26,763 nucleotides of DNA from the IMG/VR virus record IMGVR_UViG_2606217104_000012; one strand, written 5' to 3'. The position numbers were made by a program, and so were the translations under genes. Each line of letters opens with the position of its first letter. Positions within the stretch are counted from its first letter, which is position 1. The stretch comes from a virus. Lineage: Duplodnaviria; Heunggongvirae; Uroviricota; Caudoviricetes. The notes under the pieces are model-generated. The model saw only the letters and a list, made by a program, of their open reading frames with translations. It was not told where the DNA came from and did not search any database. Positions 18,124-26,759 of this stretch are shown in pieces.

Positions 18124-19306
18124 CGGAGGGTTTCGTGGTCATGTTCATCGGTGTGAGATAGACATCACCACCGGGACGCGGATTCATATCTTCCAGGTCG
18201 CGGCAGTCATTGGGAGAGTAAATTCCCCAGTTGATCCCGGTGGCGTAGGCTTCAAAACGGGACTTCATATCCCCGCGCAGTAACGCCCCGGCGTTAAATT
18301 TGGCGTAATAAACGCCCTGCTTACTTTTTCGTACCAGTCCGGTGTTGATCCGCTGTTCGATGCGGGTCAGATACGGCACCAGTGAATAGTTGATAAATCC
18401 CAGCCCCAGCTCTTCGATATTGTTGAAGGTGGCGCGATCGGTGTTCTGCACCATGTGCAACGGCACCCGGAACAGACGACAGATTTCTTCAAGCTGAAAC
18501 TTGCGGGTTTCCAGGAACTGGCTGTCCTCGGCGTTCAGCGCCATCGACTTCCAGTCCAGCCCCATCTCAAGGATCATCGGGCGGTGAGCATTGCCAAGCC
18601 CGGTGTGACGCTCCTCAAAATCTTTCTTCAGGCGCTCATAAGCCTGATCTGACAGCGTCTGCTCTGTACGCAACACACCCGACGTCACCGCGCCATTGCT
18701 GAACAGTCTGGCCCCGTGCTCTTCGGTCGCTGCCGCCAGCGATATTGCCTCGCGGGCATAGGCGATGGGATTCAGCCCCACCAGTCCGTCCAGCGTCAGC
18801 GTGCGCACATGCCAGATATCCTCCTGGCTCAGTACATCCGTGGAGCCATCCGGGAATGTGACCTGATAGACCGGCTCCCAGCTACTGTTAAGCTTCGGTA
18901 CCACACAGCCGGGATCGACGGGCAGCAGTTCAGCCACTTCGCCAAATGCTTTCACTTTGTAGGCGTAAAAGTTTCCCCGCAGGCACAGACAGGTGACCAC
19001 CAGCTCCCAGAACTCCTGCGGCGTCATATAGCCATTGGGATGCGTGGAGATCAGCTTATGCAGACGTTCGCCAGTGGCTCTCTGCTTCAGGCTGCCGTTC
19101 AGGTGATACAGGTTGCAGGGCAACATCCCGACCGACTCCGCCAGCACCCTGACGCAGGAAAAAACCGCCGTCAGTCGCATGGCCCTCTGGCTGCTGATCT
19201 GCTTTCCGGTATAGGTGTCGTATGACAGCCCGATAGCATCCGCCAGCTCTGCTGGCGTGGTCACCGGTGCGTCACTTTTTCGTTGAAATAATCCCGAAAA
19301 GAACAC
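18065..19306 (-). CDS. Portal protein, HK97 family
   Basis: 413 aa; position after the large terminase; size and order typical. Confidence 0.8.
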   Translation of the reverse strand: MFFSGLFQRKSDAPVTTPAELADAIGLSYDTYTGKQISSQRAMRLTAVFSCVRVLAESVGMLPCNLYHLNGSLKQRATGERLHKLISTHPNGYMTPQEFWELVVTCLCLRGNFYAYKVKAFGEVAELLPVDPGCVVPKLNSSWEPVYQVTFPDGSTDVLSQEDIWHVRTLTLDGLVGLNPIAYAREAISLAAATEEHGARLFSNGAVTSGVLRTEQTLSDQAYERLKKDFEERHTGLGNAHRPMILEMGLDWKSMALNAEDSQFLETRKFQLEEICRLFRVPLHMVQNTDRATFNNIEELGLGFINYSLVPYLTRIEQRINTGLVRKSKQGVYYAKFNAGALLRGDMKSRFEAYATGINWGIYSPNDCRDLEDMNPRPGGDVYLTPMNMTTKPSDGSKAGKQKDNANADETTS

Positions 19307-19488
19307 TATTTACCTCCACCAACAGACATCTGTGTACGGTCGAGATATCGCGCCACCAGCCACGACCAGAACAGGCACAACGCCCCGGCAACAACAAACC
19401 CCGCCGGGGGATAAATCAGCCAGGCACCATACGCCAGCAAAAGCGCCCCCAGCACGCCCACCAGAGGCGCGAGAATCAGCATGATCAT
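19306..19488 (-). CDS. Small membrane protein (60 aa, two predicted TM helices) between large terminase and portal
   Basis: GAGG RBS upstream of ATG; stop overlaps the portal start; strongly hydrophobic sequence. Confidence 0.5.
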   Translation of the reverse strand: MIMLILAPLVGVLGALLLAYGAWLIYPPAGFVVAGALCLFWSWLVARYLDRTQMSVGGGK

Positions 19489-19499
19489 AATTACCTCAG

Positions 19500-21233
19500 T
19501 TAAAGCGAGCGGATCCCATAGGACTCAATGTGGTCAGACAGCGTGTCTTCTTTCTCGTACAGCATGGCTCTGCCAACCGCCATAATCAGCGCAACTGCAC
19601 CATCGATTTTGTTTTCCGCCTGCTCTTTGACGGGCTTCACCACATCATCGTTACCCGGAATGGTTTTGCCGACCACGTTGCCGATACACCAGGTCATGAT
19701 GGGATTGCCATCATGATGAAAGCGCCCCGATTCAATTGCCGCTTCCAGCTCTTTCATCGGGTCGGACATGTTGGTGTAGTTCTGAATGATAGTGATGGGA
19801 TTCAGGTCTTCATCAGCAAGGTCATGTGACAGCCCGGTCGCCCCGAAGGGGTCGATGGGTGACTCACTGACCGGGCTGATTTTGTTCGCCGCTTTGGCCT
19901 CCTCGAGGATGTAGCGATAATCCACTTCCGCACCATCGGTAACGGTCAGAACGCCCATTTCCACCCATTTCTGAAAGCGTTCGGCTGTCCGTCGATCTTC
20001 ATTTTTCTCGACGCTGTACACCGTGTCATACGGTACCCAGAAACGCGGGGCCACACTGTAGTAATGCGTTTTACCGTCAATCTCGCGGGTATAAAGTCGC
20101 GCCATGCTGTTCATATCCAGTTTACGCGCCAGGTCAAAGGCCAGAATGCACGGCTGCCCCTCGAATTGCTCAAGAGTCAGTGATTTATCCTCGCAGCTCT
20201 GCCAGCTCACCAGGTTGAAATACGCCGAACGCGCCGACACCCAGATATTGAGGTGTTTTGTTTTAAAGACGTTTGCCAGACGGGCGTTATTTTTCGCACG
20301 CTGTTGCTGACTTAACAAAAACTCACGGTAAACCGACACCCCGATATTCGGGTTGGCTTTTTCCAGCACCTGTGGGTTGGTCCAGTCGTCACCTTCGTCA
20401 ACGGTATAGATGATCCCGAACAGTTCATCGTTGGGTACCGAACCGTTGAGCATCTCGATAACTTCCCGCCGTTTGTCGTAGCACGGCCCCTCAATGTTGT
20501 ACCCGGCAGTAGTAATGGCCCACATCAGTGGCTGACGTCGCGCCCCCATCCCGGTAAGCATCGTGGTGTAAAGCGCATCGGTGGCGTGCTCGTGATATTC
20601 ATCCACCACCGCACAGTGGGGTGATGATCCATCACCGGGGTTACCGATCAGCGGTTCAAACCGCGCGCCATCCTCCGGACGGTTCATGTTTGAGGCGTTA
20701 ACCTCAATCCCGAACGCTTCCGTCAGCATGGGTGTGCGTTTACACATCAGTCGCGCCGGGCGAAAGACTTCCCACGCCTGTTTCTCTGTCGTGGCACCGG
20801 AATACACTTCCGCGCCAAACTCGTTATCACAGGCAAAACAATACAGGGCGACACCGGCAGAGATTGCCGATTTGCCGTTCTTACGGGGGATTTCGGTATA
20901 CACCTCACGGAAGCGGCGCAGCCGGGAGCCTTTATTGACCCAGCCAAACGCGCAGCAGATCACAAAGAGCTGCCACGGCTCCAGCGTGATGGGCATCCTC
21001 TTAAATGCCCACTCACCCTTGGTGTGCGGCAACAGTTGAATAAATTTGGCGGCCCGTTCAGCCAGGTCCTTGTCGAAGCGGTAACGAAACGACTTACTTT
21101 TTTCCGCCATCAGGTCATCAAGATGGCGCTGGCAGGCCTGAATCACAAACTGGCAGGCCACAATCTTTCCCCGCACGACATCACGGGCATACTGATTGGC
21201 AGCATTTACGTTGGGGTAAGATTTCCGGCTCAT
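19500..21233 (-). CDS. Terminase large subunit
   Basis: 577 aa with Walker A-like EIPRKNGKS and Walker B-like AVVDEYHE motifs; overlaps the small-subunit stop. Confidence 0.9.
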   Translation of the reverse strand: MSRKSYPNVNAANQYARDVVRGKIVACQFVIQACQRHLDDLMAEKSKSFRYRFDKDLAERAAKFIQLLPHTKGEWAFKRMPITLEPWQLFVICCAFGWVNKGSRLRRFREVYTEIPRKNGKSAISAGVALYCFACDNEFGAEVYSGATTEKQAWEVFRPARLMCKRTPMLTEAFGIEVNASNMNRPEDGARFEPLIGNPGDGSSPHCAVVDEYHEHATDALYTTMLTGMGARRQPLMWAITTAGYNIEGPCYDKRREVIEMLNGSVPNDELFGIIYTVDEGDDWTNPQVLEKANPNIGVSVYREFLLSQQQRAKNNARLANVFKTKHLNIWVSARSAYFNLVSWQSCEDKSLTLEQFEGQPCILAFDLARKLDMNSMARLYTREIDGKTHYYSVAPRFWVPYDTVYSVEKNEDRRTAERFQKWVEMGVLTVTDGAEVDYRYILEEAKAANKISPVSESPIDPFGATGLSHDLADEDLNPITIIQNYTNMSDPMKELEAAIESGRFHHDGNPIMTWCIGNVVGKTIPGNDDVVKPVKEQAENKIDGAVALIMAVGRAMLYEKEDTLSDHIESYGIRSL

Positions 21234-21733
21234 GATTCGATGATTTTCAGAAACGGGTTAGTGGCTTTCTTCTGCCCCGCCAGGCCTATCAGACGCTGGC
21301 GGCTGCTGGGGTCGAGTCCGAGCATTGCCCCCGTGCTGCTCATCTCGGACTCCTGTTCTTTCTTGGCGGTCAGCTCCGGGTTTTTGACCCTGCCGCCCAT
21401 TGCACCGGTGATGGTGTTGCCCTGGCTGGCAATATTTTTCACGGCACGTCGCCAGAACTCATAGGCCACGCACCACCGCTCAAGTACCGCCAGGTCAGTC
21501 ACGCACAGCAGGCCCTGACCGCAGAGTTCTTTGGTTGTCAGTTGCCACATGATCGTGGCGAGAGGGAGATCTTCTTCTGCGAACCACTCCGGTGGCTCAA
21601 CACCTTTGATGGGCGTAAAAACAGGTTCATCTTTGTTCAGGGCTCGCTTGCCGGGGTTTCCGGCCAGCGCCTTGCGCGCCGTTGGCTTGGGGCGACGCCC
21701 GGAACGCCCCGCCGTTCCAGCCATATGCGGCAC
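21230..21733 (-). CDS. Terminase small subunit (P27 family); likely true start is ATG at 21724
   Basis: About 165 aa, basic N-terminus ([22 protein letters not shown]); AGGAG RBS 8 nt upstream of the ATG at 21724; immediately upstream of the large subunit. Confidence 0.75.
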   Translation of the reverse strand: MPHMAGTAGRSGRRPKPTARKALAGNPGKRALNKDEPVFTPIKGVEPPEWFAEEDLPLATIMWQLTTKELCGQGLLCVTDLAVLERWCVAYEFWRRAVKNIASQGNTITGAMGGRVKNPELTAKKEQESEMSSTGAMLGLDPSSRQRLIGLAGQKKATNPFLKIIES

Positions 21734-21774
21734 TCCTGGTTAAATTTCATTTTTCGCGGGTATAAAAAAACGAT

Positions 21775-21823
21775 GGGGCGGGCAGTCCGGAAGACGTCAG
21801 GTCACAGGGATTTGACCCGCCCC
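21775..21823. other. Candidate cos / terminase recognition region: GC-rich inverted repeat GGGGCGGG...CCCGCCCC between HNH and small terminase genes
   Basis: 8-bp inverted arms separated by 33 bp, preceded by an A7 run; the GGGCGG start resembles lambdoid cohesive-end sequences; HNH-cos-TerS placement matches HK97-type packaging modules. Confidence 0.4.
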
Positions 21824-21850
21824 TCCCCCACAGACAGTTGAGAATTATTA

Positions 21851-22201
21851 TCACTTTAACCGTTCACGGGCCGTCTTCGCCTTATGACACGGCCAGCACA
21901 GACTCTGCAGATTACTGTCGGCATCAGTGCCGCCATGTGCTTTAGGGATGATGTGGTCAACGGTTTTCGCCTCACGCACCACACCGGCACGCAGACATAA
22001 CTGACACAGGCCTTTGTCACGCTTCAGTACACGTTCACGGATAGCATCCCATTTCGAACCGTAGCCGCGCTGATGACGGGACTGGCCTGGCTTGTATTGC
22101 TTCCAGCCTTCGCTTTTGTGGCTTTCGCAGTAGCCTGACGGGTCTGTGGTGGTATGGCGGCAGCCACGAACACGGCAGGCTTTTGGGATTCGTGATGGCA
22201 T
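21851..22201 (-). CDS. HNH endonuclease (packaging-associated)
   Basis: About 116 aa from ATG at 22201 (GGAG RBS); Cys-rich N-terminus (CRVRGCRHTT...YCESH) and HNH core (DHIIPKAHGGTDADSNLQSLCWPCH). Confidence 0.85.
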   Translation of the reverse strand: MPSRIPKACRVRGCRHTTTDPSGYCESHKSEGWKQYKPGQSRHQRGYGSKWDAIRERVLKRDKGLCQLCLRAGVVREAKTVDHIIPKAHGGTDADSNLQSLCWPCHKAKTARERLK

Positions 22202-22321
22202 ATGTACTCCAATGAAGAAGCCACCGACATAGCCTCCTCCATTCATCGTGAAACTATTTTCATCTACCCAGTAATGAATACTTTGTAGAGTTGTGATCAA
22301 TACAACTCACTAATGGAGAGG

Positions 22322-22343
22322 CTTGTCCAACACGTTGGACAAG
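22322..22343. promoter_or_regulatory. Near-perfect palindrome cttgtccaac-ac-gttggacaag (10-bp arms) followed by a T-rich tract
   Basis: Directly visible inverted repeat in the intergenic region between the lysis and packaging genes. Confidence 0.5.
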
Positions 22344-22493
22344 TTTCCTGTTTGATTTACTGGACACTACAGAAGGACAGAATGCCTTCATCACTCGAAT
22401 AACACCAATTAAGGAGGTTAAACATGTTTCGTTCCAAAAGTCAGTTGACTGTAATTATTATTACGTCACCTTATGCCAAAGAGCTTTTCCGCT

Positions 22494-22769
22494 TCACTTT
22501 GAGCCTGATTCACTTCTACCTGACCGGCTCGCCTCTATCTTTCTAATCCCCGCTTTATCCAAATTGCACTGCCATAATGCCGACAATAAACTGACATTTA
22601 AATCTAGGCTACCTCCATAAGTCAGAGGATTGGGGATAACTGGCTGTGGAGTTTCAGCGAGCAGGTTCGCCGGTAACGGCATCGTTGGAACCTGCACGTA
22701 AACTGTCCGCGTACTTCCGCAACCGGTCAGCAGCGGCAGCAGGCACAGCACGTGAAGCGCAATCATCAT
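22494..22769 (-). CDS. Rz1: o-spanin Rz1 (outer-membrane lipoprotein), overlapping the 3' part of Rz in another frame
   Basis: Internal start MMIALHVLCLLPLLTGC gives a signal peptide plus lipobox LTGC; proline-rich mature region (PTMPLPANLLAETPQPVIPNPL); begins inside Rz and runs 160 nt past its stop. Confidence 0.65.
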   Translation of the reverse strand: MMIALHVLCLLPLLTGCGSTRTVYVQVPTMPLPANLLAETPQPVIPNPLTYGGSLDLNVSLLSALWQCNLDKAGIRKIEASRSGRSESGSK

Positions 22770-23046
22770 TCTCAACAGCCACTTTGATATCTTCCTGGGT
22801 TCTCTGTGACTCCAGTGCGATCTGCTGTTTTGCATGCTGGTTAGCCTCCAGAACTGTATTGACGATTTGTAGTGATTGCAGGACGTTATTGGTAATGGCT
22901 GTTGCTGATTCAGCATTTCGTACAGCCTCATCAGCACGTTTCTTTTCGTGCTGATATTTGCTGTAGTAGTGGTTGGCAGACCAGATGAAAGAACCGATGA
23001 CAGTAAAGAAGAATGCAGAGATAGCCAGCTTATAGCTCAACTTCAT
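22654..23046 (-). CDS. Rz: i-spanin Rz (inner-membrane spanin subunit)
   Basis: 130 aa; N-terminal TM helix ISAFFFTVIGSFIWSANHYY comparable to lambda Rz; immediately downstream of the endolysin. Confidence 0.8.
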   Translation of the reverse strand: MKLSYKLAISAFFFTVIGSFIWSANHYYSKYQHEKKRADEAVRNAESATAITNNVLQSLQIVNTVLEANQHAKQQIALESQRTQEDIKVAVENDDCASRAVPAAAADRLRKYADSLRAGSNDAVTGEPAR

Positions 23047-23506
23047 TTACCACCCCACCAGCCTCTTTAAAACGGGAAATCAGGTCACCGATTTTATGTT
23101 CATACTGACCGTAACCTGCACCAGGTAACGACGCCCAGATATTGCTGCAACGATCGATAGCCTGACGAATATCGCCGCGATCAATCATCGGTAAAGCGCC
23201 ACGCTCTTTAATCTGCTGTAATGCAACAGCATCCTGGCTTTTAGGAGAGAAGTCTGTCAGCCCTAACTGCTTGCGGTAAGCATCCCACCAACGGGAAAGA
23301 AGTTGGTAACGTCCGGCCGCTGTTGATTTGAGTTTGGGGTTTAGCGTGACAAGTTTGCGAGGGTGATCGGAGTAATCAGTGAAGAGTTCTCCACCGACAA
23401 TAACATCATAACCGTGGTTACGTGTCGGTTGTCGCCCGTTATCCGTTCCTTCTGACCATGCCACCATATCGAGGAAAGCTTTACGCTGGGAATTTAGTAC
23501 CTGCAT
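23030..23506 (-). CDS. R: Endolysin, lambda R-type lytic transglycosylase
   Basis: 158 aa; near-identical over long stretches to lambda R as I recall it (QRKAFLDM.AWSEGTDNGRQ.TRNHGYDVIVGGELFTDYSDHPRKLVTLNPKLKST.AGRYQLLSRWWDAYRKQLGL). Confidence 0.9.
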   Translation of the reverse strand: MQVLNSQRKAFLDMVAWSEGTDNGRQPTRNHGYDVIVGGELFTDYSDHPRKLVTLNPKLKSTAAGRYQLLSRWWDAYRKQLGLTDFSPKSQDAVALQQIKERGALPMIDRGDIRQAIDRCSNIWASLPGAGYGQYEHKIGDLISRFKEAGGVVNEVEL

Positions 23507-23509
23507 AAA

Positions 23510-23836
23510 TTACTCCTTCGTGCTACCAAATTTGTTACCGATTACTCGCATTGCAGCCCCACGAATAGCATCGACACCGATCAGCCCAACACCGCCACCA
23601 ATGGCAACAGAAAGCGATTTAGGCCATCCGACATACTCAAGAGCGGATGCAAAGGTCAGCGTCAAAGCGCCACAGAGCAAAATCTCGAGCGTTTTTCGCT
23701 TCCAGCCACCACCACCGCCAAAATAGGCAATGCGCAAGCCAGCCATAACGATCGACATAATCACTGCGCCCAGCGGTGTGTCTCCACGCCACCAGCTCTG
23801 GACCAACTCCAGCCAGGTATTTGGGTTATGAGGCAT
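23510..23836 (-). CDS. Holin (three predicted TM segments)
   Basis: 108 aa, three hydrophobic segments, charged C-terminus; immediately upstream of the endolysin. Confidence 0.7.
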   Translation of the reverse strand: MPHNPNTWLELVQSWWRGDTPLGAVIMSIVMAGLRIAYFGGGGGWKRKTLEILLCGALTLTFASALEYVGWPKSLSVAIGGGVGLIGVDAIRGAAMRVIGNKFGSTKE

Positions 23837-23970
23837 TTGTAGTTATCTCTCACCTCGCAATACAGGAGGTGCAAATTGAGGGAACATCATGTACCGCAAA
23901 TCAGAAGCGGAAACGTCAAAGAAGCCGAGCCAATGGATAACTGCGGGATAGACCAGGCCCAACGAATCCC

Positions 23971-24009
23971 TAGGCCCAAAAACGACAAAACCCGCTCAAT
24001 GGCGGGTTT
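23971..24009 (-). terminator. Intrinsic terminator on the minus strand upstream of the holin gene (tR'-like late-leader terminator)
   Basis: Minus strand reads AAACCCGCCATTGAGCGGGTTTTGTCGTTTTTGGG, a hairpin followed by a U-tract. Confidence 0.6.
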
Positions 24010-24166
24010 AAGCTGTGTGGCGAAGTAACCACTCTTAACACGATATAATACTTTTTGCGTACGCGTTAACTTTTTCTGTAGTATTTAGTGTAAGATTCTT
24101 CACAAGATAGATACTTTGGAGTACATGATGTAAAGTGCTGTATGCATAAACAGTACAAAGGATATC

Positions 24167-24688
24167 ATGATGAACAAATTAGCACGCTTATTATTAACAG
24201 CAAGCTCAATTGCACCTGTTTGCGCAACTCTATTTTTTATTGGATATGTAAAAGATACGGTTTGGCTGATGCAATATAGCTTATGCGTTGGCATAGCAAG
24301 TTGGTTATTAGCAATAGGCCTGATTCAATATGCTGAGAAACAACTTGAACCTCTGACAAAAAATATTAGTTCAGTTTCTCCCGCTAACAAAGAAGTAACT
24401 AATTATTTCTTAAGCTATTTATTCCCTCTCCTAGGAACAGACTCTATTGCTGAAAATAAAGCATATGCGTTATTCTTTTATTTGTCATTGTTATTTTACA
24501 TCAGCTTTTCCGAGAACTATAACTTTAACCCAGTATTGTCACTTATCGGTTATAAATTTTACGAAGCTGAAGATGACACCGGCGTAGGTTTTGTATTGAT
24601 TTCTAAATCAGTCATTACTGATATTAAAGATATCAAATTTACAGTTATTCAATTAACAGACTACACATTTCTACATGTTAAAGGATAA
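24167..24688 (+). CDS. Predicted multi-pass membrane protein (173 aa), first gene of an AT-rich two-gene cassette; candidate defence/exclusion component (KwaA-like architecture, unverified)
   Basis: ATG with AAAGGA RBS; hydrophobic segments LARLLLTASSIAPVCATLFFIGYV, SLCVGIASWLLAIGLIQY, AYALFFYLSLLFYISF; opposite strand to surrounding late genes; strongly AT-rich. Confidence 0.6.
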   Translation: MMNKLARLLLTASSIAPVCATLFFIGYVKDTVWLMQYSLCVGIASWLLAIGLIQYAEKQLEPLTKNISSVSPANKEVTNYFLSYLFPLLGTDSIAENKAYALFFYLSLLFYISFSENYNFNPVLSLIGYKFYEAEDDTGVGFVLISKSVITDIKDIKFTVIQLTDYTFLHVKG

Positions 24689-24693
24689 TAACC

Positions 24694-25578
24694 ATGGCAC
24701 TTTTTGCAGTAATAGATAATACAATTGCAACGAGAATTGTTAGAGTCGAACTTGATGCAACAGCAAGTACTTCTGTTACGGCCATTTTCCAACAACAGCG
24801 TCAATATTTTGAAAGTCATCATAACAATATGATACCATTCTATGCCGGTTATACACCAAAACATAGTGAGTGTTTTGAAATACAAAACTTTACTGATTCT
24901 GCACGCCTGATTGACGCAGTCAATAGGCCTACCGCCGTGCCTGTCTGGGATCCCAGCCAAATTGATATTGGTTATATTAAAGCATTATTTGTTGGTGTTG
25001 ACGCGCCAGCAAACCCCAATATTATTGCGCTACAAACCTTCAACAAAAAACAAATCTTAGATACCTCAAAATCATTCTTTGGAAAGCTTTTTGCAAGCAA
25101 AACTACCTTTAGTAAAGCTAATAGCATCGGTTTTAATGTTGATGATAAACTAGTTGCAATAATTATCAATGATACAATACGATTTAAGAGTTTCTTTAAT
25201 CTAAGAAGCATTTTTGACATGTCGTCCTATTTTTCTGCTGCTACTGACCAAGAACTTAATGCATTTAGTCAACTTAGTGTATTTTCTACTCCCCAAGGTT
25301 TTGATCTAAAATCCGTTGCAGATACAGTGATAAGAAATAAAGTAACACTAATAAATCAGACTGGGATGCTAACACCCCAAAATATGTCAAAGTTTAAATC
25401 CGAAGCTGCTAAAGTCAATTTCCCCTTACAAACCATAATAGTTGGCGGTGTTGAGAAAATTGTCATGCCTTCATCAAAAAAAGAAATAAAAGCCCTTCTT
25501 GACTTTCTTGAGGAAGACATTTGGATTTCAGGGATAAGTGGAAGACGCTTTAAATCGAATTCAAAGCGCCCAATATAA
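24694..25578 (+). CDS. Soluble protein of unknown function (294 aa), second gene of the cassette (KwaB-like architecture, unverified)
   Basis: Starts 5 nt after the membrane-protein stop with AAAGGA RBS; no Walker, HNH or other catalytic motif found by eye; AT-rich. Confidence 0.6.
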   Translation: MALFAVIDNTIATRIVRVELDATASTSVTAIFQQQRQYFESHHNNMIPFYAGYTPKHSECFEIQNFTDSARLIDAVNRPTAVPVWDPSQIDIGYIKALFVGVDAPANPNIIALQTFNKKQILDTSKSFFGKLFASKTTFSKANSIGFNVDDKLVAIIINDTIRFKSFFNLRSIFDMSSYFSAATDQELNAFSQLSVFSTPQGFDLKSVADTVIRNKVTLINQTGMLTPQNMSKFKSEAAKVNFPLQTIIVGGVEKIVMPSSKKEIKALLDFLEEDIWISGISGRRFKSNSKRPI

Positions 25579-25599
25579 CTAGAAGACAGTTAAGAATAG

Positions 25600-25962
25600 T
25601 TAACAGGCAAGAGTGCAAACAATGCCTTCAATGAAACCAAGCGATGTTTGCAACTCTTTCCTGATAGTCCCATCCGAACACTTTCTCTTCTTAGCAATGG
25701 CTCGCAATGAAATCCCTACCACAAAATGGGCTATAACTAATTCATACTCTTCTGGTTTGTACTTTCTTAATCTAGCTACGCACCCATCGATCATGAGCCC
25801 CTCATCATCATCACACTGAATCCGGGACTTTTTGCCATGAGGTAAAAGCCCCTTGAAGCCAGCGGCTACCGGTTGCCAGTCCACTCCGCTATTGTCTGAA
25901 GCAGCCCAAGCTCCCCAACGATCCATCACTTCATACATATCACGCATCAACTTTCTCCACAA
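25600..25962 (-). CDS. Late-gene antitermination protein Q (QuuD/Q82 type)
   Basis: 120 aa; matches my recollection of DLP12 QuuD (ERWGAWAA...AAGFKGL...CDDD...C.ARL). Confidence 0.8.
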   Translation of the reverse strand: MWRKLMRDMYEVMDRWGAWAASDNSGVDWQPVAAGFKGLLPHGKKSRIQCDDDEGLMIDGCVARLRKYKPEEYELVIAHFVVGISLRAIAKKRKCSDGTIRKELQTSLGFIEGIVCTLAC

Positions 25963-25964
25963 AA

Positions 25965-26759
25965 TCAGGCCAGCACGCCAATTGCCAGCGCACGATCGAT
26001 AAAACGAAATATCAGCTCCAGCTGGGAGCCATACTTCTCTTCAAATGCCACGGTATCCGCATGCAGCTCGTCGTGATGCTTTCTGCACAAAGGCAACACA
26101 AAGAGGTCATGCGCTTTTGTACCCATCCCACCCTGACCGTGGCCTATCAAGTGGTGGGGATCATCAGCAGGCTTTCCACAACATGCACACGGCTGTGTCT
26201 TAACCCAGCGCGTGTACTTTTCATTAACCCAGCGGCGACGTTTTGGGCGTAACATAAAAGACTCCGGCGACTCCGGATCCACTTTCAGCGCCAGCACCTT
26301 TTTCGCCTTATCCTGGATGATGCTGGTGGCAGGAACCGAAGGCACAAGGTCACTTTCCCGGGTAACAGACGGCACAACAGGCTTCGGTAATCTCAGTGCC
26401 TTACGGGCTGCACTTTCCGGTAAGGCATCCGCCAGATCATTACGAATCAGCCACCAGCACAGTTCCGGCATTGTCACAACGTGACTGTCATCAAAACCGA
26501 GATCCCGACGCACAACAGACAACACCCAGCGGGCACAGTTATCCGTTGCCATTGATTCCAGCCGTTCCGTGAACTGATCGCGCAGCTGGTTATCGCAGTG
26601 CCAGCACAGACGGATTGCGCCCGGAGCGTGTCGCATTGTGGTCATGTTCTCGCTGTGCCAGTCGGAATGAGGCCACTGGCAGCCTTTTTCACGAAGTAAC
26701 CAGCTTTCAAGACATTCCACGCCACCAGCACGACGGATCACTGCCTCATTGCGGAACAC
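25965..26759 (-). CDS. DUF968-type lambdoid prophage protein (YdfU-like); 5' end may extend beyond the window
   Basis: 264 aa as tracked; C-terminal motif CACCGKPADDPHHLIGHGQGGMGTKAHDLFVLPLCRKHHDELH; sits immediately upstream of Q, as ydfU does relative to quuQ in Qin; GTG start 4 nt from the window edge with no upstream stop. Confidence 0.6.
   Translation of the reverse strand: MFRNEAVIRRAGGVECLESWLLREKGCQWPHSDWHSENMTTMRHAPGAIRLCWHCDNQLRDQFTERLESMATDNCARWVLSVVRRDLGFDDSHVVTMPELCWWLIRNDLADALPESAARKALRLPKPVVPSVTRESDLVPSVPATSIIQDKAKKVLALKVDPESPESFMLRPKRRRWVNEKYTRWVKTQPCACCGKPADDPHHLIGHGQGGMGTKAHDLFVLPLCRKHHDELHADTVAFEEKYGSQLELIFRFIDRALAIGVLA

Noticed and set aside
16234-21039. Short ORFs in alternative frames or antisense within capsid, protease, portal and terminase genes (e.g. 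16234..16530, 17091..17525, 18716..19225, 20686..21039)
   Set aside because: Embedded in or antisense to well-supported head and packaging genes; no independent support.
22646-22954. Plus-strand 102-aa ORF across the spanin region
   Set aside because: Antisense to Rz/Rz1, which have clear TM/lipobox features.
24031-24166. Specific promoter hexamers for the cassette (e.g. TATAAT at ~24044) and for the late operon
   Set aside because: Several -10-like hexamers occur in this AT-rich stretch but none pairs convincingly with a -35 element, so I did not annotate individual promoters.
24100-25220. Minus-strand ORFs (24100..24294, 24661..24960, 24972..25220) within the two-gene cassette
   Set aside because: Antisense to the plus-strand cassette genes, which have RBSs and operon-like spacing; AT-rich DNA readily gives such ORFs.
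25613-26484. Plus-strand ORFs (25613..25819, 26061..26252, 26212..26484) overlapping Q and the DUF968 gene
   Set aside because: Antisense to genes with recognisable protein motifs.
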